DNA of 53,965 nucleotides from a virus (lineage: Duplodnaviria; Caudoviricetes), in IMG/VR virus record IMGVR_UViG_3300043420_000786, positions 1-53,965 of that record; one strand, given 5' to 3'. The notes beneath the pieces were generated by a model. The model made no database searches. It was not told the origin of the DNA and saw nothing but the letters and a program-made list of their open reading frames with translations. The translations under genes were made by a program, and so were the position numbers. Shown piece after piece: positions 28,559 to 37,827 of this stretch (positions are counted from its first letter, which is position 1; every line of letters starts with the position of its first letter).

Positions 28559-30171
28559 ACAATAATACATCATATCTTGGAAATGATAATTTAAAGGCTG
28601 CTGGAGTAAAGGTAAGTTTTACTCCAGACCAGATCGAAGAGTACATTAAGTGTGCAAACGATCCTGTGTATTTTATCCGTAAGTACATAAAAATCATCAA
28701 TCTGGACAAAGGTTTGGTGAATTTTGATATGTATAAATTTCAAGAAAACATGGTCAATACGATTCACAACAATCGTTTTACCATAGCAAAACTACCCCGT
28801 CAGTCGGGTAAATCCACCACGGTCGTTTCCTATATTCTTCATTACATACTGTTCAATCCAGAGGTCAATGTTGCAATTCTTGCACACAAACAGGAAATCG
28901 CTCGTGAACTATTGGGTAAACTAAAAGTGGCATATGAATATTTGCCAAAATGGCTACAGCAGGGTGTAGTGGAGTGGAATAAGGGTTCTATCGTTTTGGA
29001 AAACAAATCCAAAGTAAAAGCATCCGCCACTTCCTCTTCGGCTATTCGTGGTGGTTCTTTCAATATGATATTCTTGGACGAGTTTGCGTATGTCCCCCCA
29101 AACATCGCAGATGACTTCTATGCGTCAGCCTACCCCACTATATCCTCTGGTACTGATACTAAGGTGTTGATATTCTCTACACCTAACGGGTTGAATATGT
29201 ACTACAAGATCTGGACGGATGCAGAAGAGAATAGAAATTCATTTGTTCCCATATCTGTTCATTGGTCGGATCTTCCAGGTCGAGATCAGGACTGGAAGAA
29301 ACAACAAATTTCTAACACTTCTGCTGAACAGTTTCGTGTAGAGTATGAATGCGATTTCATAGGTTCCACTAACACTCTTATTGCTGCCACCAAACTCAAG
29401 AGTATGACATACAAGACGCCTATTTCAAAAAATGAACAAGGATTATGTATCTACGAATACCCCCACAAGGATCACATCTATGTGATGTCGGTAGACACAT
29501 CAAGAGGAGCGGGGTTCGATTATCACGCATTTACGGTAATAGACATAACAGAAATACCATACAAAGTCGTTGCTACTTTTAAGAATAACGAACTGTCTCC
29601 TATGATATATCCTAATGCTATTTACCCAATCGCACAGAAGTATAATGATGCATATGTTTTGGTGGAGATCAACGATATTGGTGGACAAGTAGCCGACATT
29701 CTATACAACGAACTTGAGTATGAAAATATGCTTATGTCCAGTTTTCGTGGTCGCAAAGGACAAACTCTAGACGGTGGATTCGGTTCTTCCCAAACTCAAT
29801 TAGGTGTTCGAACAACCAAACCCATAAAAAGAATTGGCTGTTCTATCCTAAAAAGTATGATAGAGGACGACAAGTTAATTATTTCTGATTTATATATAAT
29901 ACAGGAATTAGTAAGTTTTGTTGCCAAATCTGCATCTTTTGAAGCGGATACTGGTCATAATGATGACTTGGTAATGTGTTTAGTGCTTTTTGGTTGGTTG
30001 ACTACTCAAAATTATTTTAAAGATCTCACAAATATGGATATTCGTAAGAGACTATTTGACGAGAAACTCAAACAACTAGAAGAAGAAATTGTGCCCTTTG
30101 GATTTATTGAAAATGGTTTGAATTCTGACGATGAACCAGATCAGCAAGGTAATATTTGGCAAACTTACTAA
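28555..30171 (+). CDS. gp17: Terminase large subunit gp17
   Basis: Walker A PRQSGKST, Walker B FLDEFA, STPNG, nuclease motif HNDDLVM. Confidence 0.97.
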   Translation: MNNNTSYLGNDNLKAAGVKVSFTPDQIEEYIKCANDPVYFIRKYIKIINLDKGLVNFDMYKFQENMVNTIHNNRFTIAKLPRQSGKSTTVVSYILHYILFNPEVNVAILAHKQEIARELLGKLKVAYEYLPKWLQQGVVEWNKGSIVLENKSKVKASATSSSAIRGGSFNMIFLDEFAYVPPNIADDFYASAYPTISSGTDTKVLIFSTPNGLNMYYKIWTDAEENRNSFVPISVHWSDLPGRDQDWKKQQISNTSAEQFRVEYECDFIGSTNTLIAATKLKSMTYKTPISKNEQGLCIYEYPHKDHIYVMSVDTSRGAGFDYHAFTVIDITEIPYKVVATFKNNELSPMIYPNAIYPIAQKYNDAYVLVEINDIGGQVADILYNELEYENMLMSSFRGRKGQTLDGGFGSSQTQLGVRTTKPIKRIGCSILKSMIEDDKLIISDLYIIQELVSFVAKSASFEADTGHNDDLVMCLVLFGWLTTQNYFKDLTNMDIRKRLFDEKLKQLEEEIVPFGFIENGLNSDDEPDQQGNIWQTY

Positions 30172-30233
30172 AAAACATAAAAGTATACATAAGTTTAGTA
30201 TAATTCGAATAGCGAATTCAAAGGAGAAAACAA

Positions 30234-32033
30234 ATGCCATTTCAATTGAGTCCAGGCGTTACATTCACAGAAACAGACTTGACACTGATCGTACCCGCTG
30301 TTGCTACAACAAGCGCAGGTTTTATTGGTTTATTCCAATGGGGACCATCAGAAGAAGTCATCACAATTACTTCCGAAAACAATTTATTGGAAAGATTCGG
30401 TAAACCAGCATTCGATACCACATACGCTCGTTATTGGTTCGTTGCTTCAAATTTCCTAAAGTACGGAAATAATCTCAAACTCGTAAGATATAGAAGTAAC
30501 GGTGATATGACAGCCACCGTAGAGGGTAGCGGTATATCATCCATCTACAGTAGAGCCACATACGATGCAAATGTAGACAGCACAACGGGATATGGCGAAT
30601 TTGCTGCAAAATATGCTGGTGCTCTAGGAAACAGTCTAAAGGTCTATATTCTCGACCACACAACAGCATCTGTTTCTGATATGACAAATACAACAGCATC
30701 TGATAATTATTACGATCTCATCGACAACTTCGAAGATGTTCCCGGCACATCCCCCTGGGCAGAAAACTTGACAGGAAATGCCAATATAAACGACGAAATT
30801 CACATTCTAGTAGTTGATGCCGGTGGTAGTTTCTCTGGTGTTGCTGGATCTGTTCTTGAAAAATTCGGATTCTTGTCTAAGGCCAGAAACGCAAGAAATG
30901 CTGACGGCGAATCCAACTACTACAAGGATGTCATCAACAACAAGTCCAAGTACATTTGGTGGTTGAAGCACCCAACAGCAGTGACAACTACTTCTGGTGA
31001 TCTTTCTTGGGGTGATGAACTTCTCCCAACCAGCACCGCGTCATATGATCTCATCAATTCCATCACTGATGATGAAAGTTGGACAGATGACCGTATCGTA
31101 GGTTATGCACTTTCAGGTGGTGTTACAGACGCAACACCAGCAGAAGATGACGCAATTTCTTCCGCATATTACACCTACTTTGAGAGTGGACAAGAAGTTG
31201 ATGTTGCTCTCTTGATTGCGGGACCAATGGCAGCAGTAAACGCCAAGAGAGTAATAGAAGTAGCCGAGTCCAGAAAAGACTGTGTTGCTTTCGTTTCTCC
31301 ACAACCATCATCAGGAGTTGATAGTATTTCTACTCTCTCTTTGACTGATGTTCTTTCTTATAGAACAGCACTCGACATCTCCTCTTCTTATGGAGTAATG
31401 GATAGTGGTTGGAAGTTGCAATACGATTACTACAATGATCGTTACATCTATGTTCCTCTTTGCGCCGATTTTGCAGGTGCTTGCGTCAAGACAGACTTCG
31501 AATACGATCCCTGGTATTCCCCCGCCGGTTTCACCAGAGGTCAAATCAAGAATTCTGTTCGTCTTGTCTACAATCCAGGCAAGGCCGACCGCGATGAACT
31601 TTACAAGAAGAATATAAATCCAATCGTTTCTTTTGGTGGTGAAGGTACAGTAATCTTCGGTGATAAGACTCTTCTCACCAGACCAAGTGCATTTGACCGC
31701 ATCAATGTTCGCCGTCTCTTCATCGTTCTTGAGAAGGCAATCGCAACAGCATCCAAATATCTGCTCTTCGAGTTCAACGATGAATTTACTCGCGCGCAGT
31801 TCAGACAATTGGTAGAGCCATATTTGAGAGAAGTTCAAGGCAGAAGAGGTATCACCGACTTCAGAGTTGTATGTGATGAAACAAACAACACACCACAAGT
31901 CATTGATACCAACAACTTCGTAGGTGATATCTACATCAAGCCAAACCGCTCGATCAACTTCATCCAACTCAACTTCATTGCAACACCATCTGGTGTAAAC
32001 TTCGAAGAAGTTGGAGCACCTCCAGCCGTCTAA
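30234..32033 (+). CDS. gp18: Tail sheath protein gp18
   Basis: LSPGV..TETDLT, WYSPAGFTRG, FGDKT, FDRINVRRLF, FEFNDEFTR, KPNRSINFI.LNF. Confidence 0.97.
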   Translation: MPFQLSPGVTFTETDLTLIVPAVATTSAGFIGLFQWGPSEEVITITSENNLLERFGKPAFDTTYARYWFVASNFLKYGNNLKLVRYRSNGDMTATVEGSGISSIYSRATYDANVDSTTGYGEFAAKYAGALGNSLKVYILDHTTASVSDMTNTTASDNYYDLIDNFEDVPGTSPWAENLTGNANINDEIHILVVDAGGSFSGVAGSVLEKFGFLSKARNARNADGESNYYKDVINNKSKYIWWLKHPTAVTTTSGDLSWGDELLPTSTASYDLINSITDDESWTDDRIVGYALSGGVTDATPAEDDAISSAYYTYFESGQEVDVALLIAGPMAAVNAKRVIEVAESRKDCVAFVSPQPSSGVDSISTLSLTDVLSYRTALDISSSYGVMDSGWKLQYDYYNDRYIYVPLCADFAGACVKTDFEYDPWYSPAGFTRGQIKNSVRLVYNPGKADRDELYKKNINPIVSFGGEGTVIFGDKTLLTRPSAFDRINVRRLFIVLEKAIATASKYLLFEFNDEFTRAQFRQLVEPYLREVQGRRGITDFRVVCDETNNTPQVIDTNNFVGDIYIKPNRSINFIQLNFIATPSGVNFEEVGAPPAV

Positions 32034-32055
32034 TGCAAAGTTTTGGTTCTTCGCT

Positions 32056-32063
32056 CATAAATA
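32056..32063 (+). promoter_or_regulatory. Late promoter CATAAATA upstream of gp19
   Basis: Consensus match in the gp18-gp19 intergenic region. Confidence 0.65.
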
Positions 32064-32085
32064 GTCTTTAAAAAGGAACAAAAGA

Positions 32086-32598
32086 ATGTCTCAATTCGGT
32101 ATCAATAATTTTATTCAAAACTTTGACGGTGGCTCCAAGCCAACACTCTTCAGAGTTTCTGTCAATGGTTTCGGTAATCTCGGAAATTTAAGATTCTTCG
32201 GTAAGGCTTCCTCCCTACCAGCATCTACAATCGGTGAAGTTGCCGTTCCATACATGGGTCGTACAATTAAGGCCCCTGGCGACAGATCTTATGAAGATTG
32301 GCAAGTCACAGTCATCAACACAGAAAACATGGATCTTCGTAAGCAATTCGAAGATTGGAACCGTCAATTCAATGATCACTTGAACAATGTTGCTTCTGGT
32401 GCAGGTCTTTGGTCTGCCGTTAGAACATACAAGGCTCAAGTAGAACAACTCAACAGAGCAGGAAGCGTAGTTAGAACATACGACTTCTCTGCAATCTTCC
32501 CCAAAGAAGTATCCTCAGTTGATGTTGCGTTCGATCAAGTAGACACGGTTTCAGAATTCACAGTGACATTTGCATATTCATACTTCGAACTTAAATAA
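32086..32598 (+). CDS. gp19: Tail tube protein gp19
   Basis: GGSKPTLF, SLPASTIG...VPYMGR..K..GDR.YEDW.VT, EFTVTFAY. Confidence 0.95.
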   Translation: MSQFGINNFIQNFDGGSKPTLFRVSVNGFGNLGNLRFFGKASSLPASTIGEVAVPYMGRTIKAPGDRSYEDWQVTVINTENMDLRKQFEDWNRQFNDHLNNVASGAGLWSAVRTYKAQVEQLNRAGSVVRTYDFSAIFPKEVSSVDVAFDQVDTVSEFTVTFAYSYFELK

Positions 32599-32619
32599 TT
32601 GAAGAAATGAGTTTATATT

Positions 32620-34278
32620 ATGGGTCTATTTGATAATCTGTTTGGTTTTACCTTTGGGCGAAAACCAAACGAAGAAGATACTTTCTCTATAGTCCCTCCT
32701 CCTGTTGACGATGGCGCAACAGTCGTCGAAGCAGGAGGGGGACTACAGGGGTATTATGTCGATCTCGACGGTACTGTTCGTACAGAGACTGACATGATTC
32801 GTAAATATAGAGAAATGTCTCTTCATGCAGAAGTTGAAATGGCAGTAGATGACATAACAAATGAAGTCATCACAATAGATGCAAGAGAAAAGACAGTTAA
32901 ATTAAATCTTGATAAAGTTAATGTTTCTGAAAACATAAAAACTAGGATTCAAGAATCTTTTGATGAAGTTCTTTACTTGCTGGATTTTGAAAGAAAAGCA
33001 TTCGATATCTTCCGTCGATTCTATATCGACGGAAGACTTTATTATCACATCATTCTTCACGAAAACAAGAAGAAGGGTGCAAAAGAATACAGAGTAGTAG
33101 ATCCTCTTCGTATTCGTAAAATCAAACAAGTTAAAGAAAAAGAAAAGGTGGGTAACTTAGAAATTCCAACGGATATGGAAGAATTCTATATGTACATGCC
33201 TTTTGACAGAACTACACCAAGTACATACAATATTAATTACAACACAGTTGAACAAGGTGTAAAAATTGCACCCGATTCTATCAATTATGTTCACTCTGGT
33301 ATGTACGACCACACTACAAAGAGAGTAGTTGGTTTCTTGCACAAAGCAATCAAACCATTAAATATGCTTCGTATGGTGGAAGATGCGACTGTAATCTATC
33401 GTTGGTCTAGAGCACCTGAGCGTAGAATATTCTACATTGATGTCGGTTCTCTTCCAAAGAATAAAGCAGAACAATATCTCCGTGAAGTTATGAACCGCTA
33501 TCGAAATAAGGTAGTGTATGATGCAAACTCTGGAGAAATTAGAGACGATAAGAAGCATATGAGTATGCTTGAAGATTTCTGGCTTCCAAGAAGAGAAGGC
33601 GGAAGAGGTACATCAATAGAAACATTACCAGGCGGACAAAATCTTGGTGAAATGGCAGATGTCCTATATTTTCAAAAGAAACTATTTCGTTCATTGAATA
33701 TTCCCGAATCTCGTCTACAGGGAGATAGCGGATTCAACATGGGTCGTGCTTCCGAAATCAGCAGAGATGAATTAAAATACTCAAAATTTATAAGCAGACT
33801 TCGTGTAAAGTTTGCAGAATTACTTTTTAACTTTCTAAAGGTTCAGTGCTTAAGTAAGCAGATTATGAATGAGGAAGATTGGTTTGAAGTATGTCAGAAA
33901 ATGAAACTGGACTATGCAACAGATTCATATTTTGCAGAATCCAAGCAAGCAGAAATTTACAAAGATCGCATGGCTATAATGCGCGAAGTATCGGATTACT
34001 CTGGTAAATTCTTCTCTGATTATTGGATTCGTAAGAACATTCTTCGTCAGACAGATGAAGATATTGCTGAAATTGATGCACAAATTGAACAAGAGAAGGC
34101 CGAAGAAATGGCTCAAGTTCAAGCACAAGAACAAGCAGCAATGGCTTCACAGGGAGGTCAGGATATGTCAGGAGGAGCACCACCAGCACCAGACATGGGT
34201 GGTCAACCTACTCAAAGTTCGCCTGAATCTTTCATAAGTAATAAAGGTGTCGATTATGATGCCAGCAGTCTGATATGA
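32620..34278 (+). CDS. gp20: Portal vertex protein gp20
   Basis: YREMSLH.EV, RAPERRIFYIDVG.LPK.KAEQY, MLEDFWLPRREGGRGT.I.TLPGGQNLG. Confidence 0.97.
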   Translation: MGLFDNLFGFTFGRKPNEEDTFSIVPPPVDDGATVVEAGGGLQGYYVDLDGTVRTETDMIRKYREMSLHAEVEMAVDDITNEVITIDAREKTVKLNLDKVNVSENIKTRIQESFDEVLYLLDFERKAFDIFRRFYIDGRLYYHIILHENKKKGAKEYRVVDPLRIRKIKQVKEKEKVGNLEIPTDMEEFYMYMPFDRTTPSTYNINYNTVEQGVKIAPDSINYVHSGMYDHTTKRVVGFLHKAIKPLNMLRMVEDATVIYRWSRAPERRIFYIDVGSLPKNKAEQYLREVMNRYRNKVVYDANSGEIRDDKKHMSMLEDFWLPRREGGRGTSIETLPGGQNLGEMADVLYFQKKLFRSLNIPESRLQGDSGFNMGRASEISRDELKYSKFISRLRVKFAELLFNFLKVQCLSKQIMNEEDWFEVCQKMKLDYATDSYFAESKQAEIYKDRMAIMREVSDYSGKFFSDYWIRKNILRQTDEDIAEIDAQIEQEKAEEMAQVQAQEQAAMASQGGQDMSGGAPPAPDMGGQPTQSSPESFISNKGVDYDASSLI

Positions 34279-34288
34279 AGAGGATGAC

Positions 34289-35878
34289 ATGCCTGATAAT
34301 TATGATCTAAACACATTTCAAAACGAATCCATAGACTCTTGTGCTGATGGTAATTGCGGAAGATCTGTTGTTACAAATGCAAACGATAATGATGGAGACT
34401 GTTGTATACCAGGTCCACAGGGTCCAGAAGGACCTGCTGGAAAAACCGGTCCAGCAGGACCAATAGGGGCCGCTGGCAGACCTCCTGTAATTCGTTGTGG
34501 TTGCTTACCCACAAACGAAACAGATGGTGGAAGCAACAGTCCTATACAGCAAGAGTGTATTGATGATTTAAAAGGCAGAGTTGTTATATCAAACCCTAAT
34601 ATTGATTATTATGGGGCCGGAACAACATCAAATGGTTTTTACCAAGTAAACTGTTCTCCTGCTACTTTTTGTGGTTATTTCAATGTAACTAATCCAAACC
34701 AACAAACCCCCCCTCTTGGTTCTTTTACAGGTAATCTCGGTAGTCCGTCCGTAGATATAAATGGTGATAAAAACATTGTTGCTTGGGGTTATATTGGAAC
34801 AGGAGATGTACCAAATATAAATTACACTTGGTCTTATGGTGATTTTAAGAAATTAAATGGACTGAATGGTGATAAATTAACAGCATCTACAGGAGGAGTA
34901 AGTAAGTTTACATTCATGCCAACGGATCCACTATTTGCTGGTGGTGGAACAATAAATCTAACAGAATTTAAAAATTTAGTAGGAGGCACACCTTCCGAGG
35001 AATTAACAGCAGCATTTTTAGATGATTTTCCACAGTGTGCAACTGACGGAACTGGCACACCTCCAAGTGGAAAAAACGGTCAAGGAGCAAGTATATGCTC
35101 AAATTTAAGCAGTCCTTGTGATTGCACAGGATGTGATGAAAACAATAGATTGACTTCTTGTGATGGTTTACAAGCAGGAGATATGTTTGTTGATGCTTGT
35201 AACAAGGTAATGTATATCAGAGGAAGTGAGGATTGGCCGACAGACGGGATCCCTTTTGATGAAGGGGCAGACTGCCCTGCTTGTCCATCTTGTCCAGATT
35301 GTCCAGGCTGTCCAGAATGTCCACCACAAAACTGCAAAGAATGTCCTTGTGAATGTAACGACATATTGCCTCCACAAATTTGTAATTGTGTAGGTCTACT
35401 CAGTGGTCTTGTGGGCACTGATTGTAATTGTCCCGGCGGTCTTGGGCCACCAAAATGTCCAAGAGAGTGTAGTAACGGTAACGGTGTTTTCTATCAAGAT
35501 GAAGCAAAAGAATGTGGGTGTGATACAAATCAAACATATGTTGGTTGTGTTGATTGTAAACAAGAGCCTACTATTATATGCGAGTGTCCAGAAGGAAAAA
35601 CAGCAGGATGCTGCGAAACCTGTCCTCCCCCTAAAACTTGTGCAGAACTCGATTGTTGTACAGAATGTCCTACACCTACTTGTGAATCTTTAGGTTGTCC
35701 CTGTCCCCCCGCAGACCAGTTTGGTAATTGTGGTTGTCCGCCGTCGCCTATTGGTGGATGTACTCCAACACTTGGATGCTGCATATTTGGCGATGAGTAT
35801 GATATTTGCCTACCCCTGAGTTGTTGTGGTGGGCCTAGTTCTTTTACTCAAAATGGTGCTCTTTTATTGGGTGAATAA
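34289..35878 (+). CDS. Cys/Pro-rich protein with a short collagen (Gly-X-Y)8 segment
   Basis: 56 Cys in 529 aa by manual count; GPQGPEGPAGKTGPAGPIGAAGRP; (CPX)6; GAGG SD upstream. Confidence 0.8.
   Translation: MPDNYDLNTFQNESIDSCADGNCGRSVVTNANDNDGDCCIPGPQGPEGPAGKTGPAGPIGAAGRPPVIRCGCLPTNETDGGSNSPIQQECIDDLKGRVVISNPNIDYYGAGTTSNGFYQVNCSPATFCGYFNVTNPNQQTPPLGSFTGNLGSPSVDINGDKNIVAWGYIGTGDVPNINYTWSYGDFKKLNGLNGDKLTASTGGVSKFTFMPTDPLFAGGGTINLTEFKNLVGGTPSEELTAAFLDDFPQCATDGTGTPPSGKNGQGASICSNLSSPCDCTGCDENNRLTSCDGLQAGDMFVDACNKVMYIRGSEDWPTDGIPFDEGADCPACPSCPDCPGCPECPPQNCKECPCECNDILPPQICNCVGLLSGLVGTDCNCPGGLGPPKCPRECSNGNGVFYQDEAKECGCDTNQTYVGCVDCKQEPTIICECPEGKTAGCCETCPPPKTCAELDCCTECPTPTCESLGCPCPPADQFGNCGCPPSPIGGCTPTLGCCIFGDEYDICLPLSCCGGPSSFTQNGALLLGE
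35273..35326 (+). repeat. 9-bp tandem repeat encoding CPACPSCPDCPGCPECPP
   Basis: tgYccN-NNN units repeated six times. Confidence 0.85.
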
Positions 35879-35881
35879 AAA

Positions 35882-36835
35882 ATGAAAATAGTGCAAAGTT
35901 TTTTTACAGATTCTTTAATAAATGGTAATAGTAGCGATATTTCGTCTATAAAAACATTAACAGGTATAACTGATAAAGAAAAAAATACATTCTATTGGTA
36001 TGTTTGGTTGACTTCGGTGATGTCTTTTGTGGAAAAAGGATACGAAGTAGAATTAGTTGCTGATGAAAACGGTAAAAGAATACTAGTAGATTTGCTAGGA
36101 TTGCCTTATAAAAATGTAGTAATAGAAACAAACTTACCAAAATCAAAATATCTTTGGGCTTTAGGTAAACTGAAAGCATACAGCATTCAGAATGAACCTT
36201 TTTTGCATTTTGATGGTGATGCTTTTTACAGAAAACAATTACCAGAAGTAGTTTCCCCTCTGTTCGTACAAGACATCATTGAAGAGAAGGCTACATTTAC
36301 GGACGAATATTATGTAACTACAAAAGATATAATCAAAAACTTTCACAATGTTCCCACTCAAATAATTAAAATAGCAGAAGATTATGATAAAAAAGATTAC
36401 ATTGAAAAAGTAAATGTGGGTGTTATTGGTGGAAAGGATGTTGAATTATTAAAAACATACAGTAAAACAATGCTGAATTTTGTAGAAGAAAATTTACAAA
36501 ATATTGATTATTTTCTAAAAAACAAATCTCCCAGATATATCACTATTTTTATGTCCTGCCTAGAAGAACTTTCTCTTTTACAGTTTTACAAAGAAAAATA
36601 TGGGGACCTTCGCAGCATACAGACTGCAATTGGCTATATTGATATTAGAGACTTACAAGAGCAAAAGACTTTTATGGAATCCAGAAGTAGAGAGACAGGA
36701 TACACACATTATATGGGTATTGGTAAATCGAACAACACCGAAAAAATGATAGAACACAGACAAAAGTTAATAAATGATGCTAGAAAAAAATACCCAGAAT
36801 ATTGCGAACTGTTCGATTATCACCTAAATAAGTAA
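35882..36835 (+). CDS. DUF6734-like protein, putative GT-A-fold glycosyltransferase
   Basis: MKIVQSF..., WALGKLKAYSIQNEPFLHFDGD (DxD), NVGVIGG, YTHYMG..K; pattern recalled from DUF6734. Confidence 0.6.
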   Translation: MKIVQSFFTDSLINGNSSDISSIKTLTGITDKEKNTFYWYVWLTSVMSFVEKGYEVELVADENGKRILVDLLGLPYKNVVIETNLPKSKYLWALGKLKAYSIQNEPFLHFDGDAFYRKQLPEVVSPLFVQDIIEEKATFTDEYYVTTKDIIKNFHNVPTQIIKIAEDYDKKDYIEKVNVGVIGGKDVELLKTYSKTMLNFVEENLQNIDYFLKNKSPRYITIFMSCLEELSLLQFYKEKYGDLRSIQTAIGYIDIRDLQEQKTFMESRSRETGYTHYMGIGKSNNTEKMIEHRQKLINDARKKYPEYCELFDYHLNK

Positions 36836-36864
36836 AATAATAAATATAGAAAACGGAGTAAATT

Positions 36865-37149
36865 ATGTCCGATGCAATAACACATCTTATCAACGGCGAT
36901 TTAGAACTTTTTAAACAAGCAATAAATCAATCTCTATATTCCAAAGTAGGTCAAGCATTTGTCGAGAAAAAGAAAGAAATAGCACAACAAATGTTTTCAG
37001 AAGAAGAATGCTCTTCTTGTGGTGAGCAAATAGAGGAAGAAAAGGTTCCAGGCCCAGTAGTTGCTAGAAGACTTGCTGGCGGTATGCCTCCTCACGAAGC
37101 CAAAACTAAAAAAGTTGGAATTAGAGGAAAGCAGAAAGGTCACGGATGA
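36865..37149 (+). CDS. Prohead core protein (gp67-like)
   Basis: Small helical protein immediately before gp21; GGAG SD and TAAATA motifs (36823-36830, 36839-36846) upstream. Confidence 0.6.
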   Translation: MSDAITHLINGDLELFKQAINQSLYSKVGQAFVEKKKEIAQQMFSEEECSSCGEQIEEEKVPGPVVARRLAGGMPPHEAKTKKVGIRGKQKGHG

Positions 37150-37799
37150 AATTAATCACCGAAACAACACTTGATGTTCGTGTCCTCACAGAAGCATCTT
37201 CCGATGGAAAGAAGAACTATTTCATCGAAGGTGTCTTTATGGAGTCGGATGCAAAGAACAGAAACGGTAGAGTTTACCCTATGCCCATCATGCAAAAAGA
37301 GGTAAACCGCTATATTACAGAATATGTCAACACAAGTAGAGCAATAGGTGAACTGGGACACCCAGAAGGACCAACCGTCAATCTTGAGCGTGCTGCCCAT
37401 ATAATTAAAGAATTACACTTTGATAATAATCAAGTTTGCGGTAGAGCCAAAGTTCTCGACACACCATACGGCAAGATCGTTAAGAATCTTATGGATGAAG
37501 GTGCTAAACTGGGTGTTTCTTCCCGTGGTATGGGTTCGCTGATCGAAAAGAACGGTTATCAGGAAGTCCAAGAGGACTTTATGCTCGCCGCAGTAGATAT
37601 TGTTGCGGATCCTTCTGCTCCTAATGCATTTGTGAATGGTATTATGGAAGGCAGAGAATGGATTTGGGAAAACGGTAATTTCAAGCAAGTTGACTTGGAA
37701 AACTATAAAAAACAAATCAGCAAAGCATCATCAAGAGAATTAGAAAAAACAAAACTTAAAATATTTGAAAATTTCTTATCAAAATTGACGGGTTTATAA
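37146..37799 (+). CDS. gp21: Prohead protease gp21
   Basis: MKLITE, IEGVFM, NRNGRVYP, GELGHP, GVSSRGMGS, DIVADPSAPNAFV. Confidence 0.97.
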   Translation: MKLITETTLDVRVLTEASSDGKKNYFIEGVFMESDAKNRNGRVYPMPIMQKEVNRYITEYVNTSRAIGELGHPEGPTVNLERAAHIIKELHFDNNQVCGRAKVLDTPYGKIVKNLMDEGAKLGVSSRGMGSLIEKNGYQEVQEDFMLAAVDIVADPSAPNAFVNGIMEGREWIWENGNFKQVDLENYKKQISKASSRELEKTKLKIFENFLSKLTGL

Positions 37800-37802
37800 A
37801 TA
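37795..37802 (+). promoter_or_regulatory. Late promoter TATAAATA upstream of gp22
   Basis: Perfect T4 late consensus. Confidence 0.75.
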
Positions 37803-37827
37803 AAAGGCATTACTAAGGAGATATTAA

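Noticed and set aside
30202-30218. Small AATTCG/CGAATT hairpin before gp18
   Set aside because: Only 6 bp, does not cover the SD and has no U-tract; function cannot be supported.
31311-31967. 218-aa minus-strand ORF within gp18
   Set aside because: Antisense shadow caused by the strong codon bias of a highly expressed gene; no motif or SD.
35080-35784. Minus-strand GQ-repeat ORFs
   Set aside because: Reverse-complement reading of the CP repeats.
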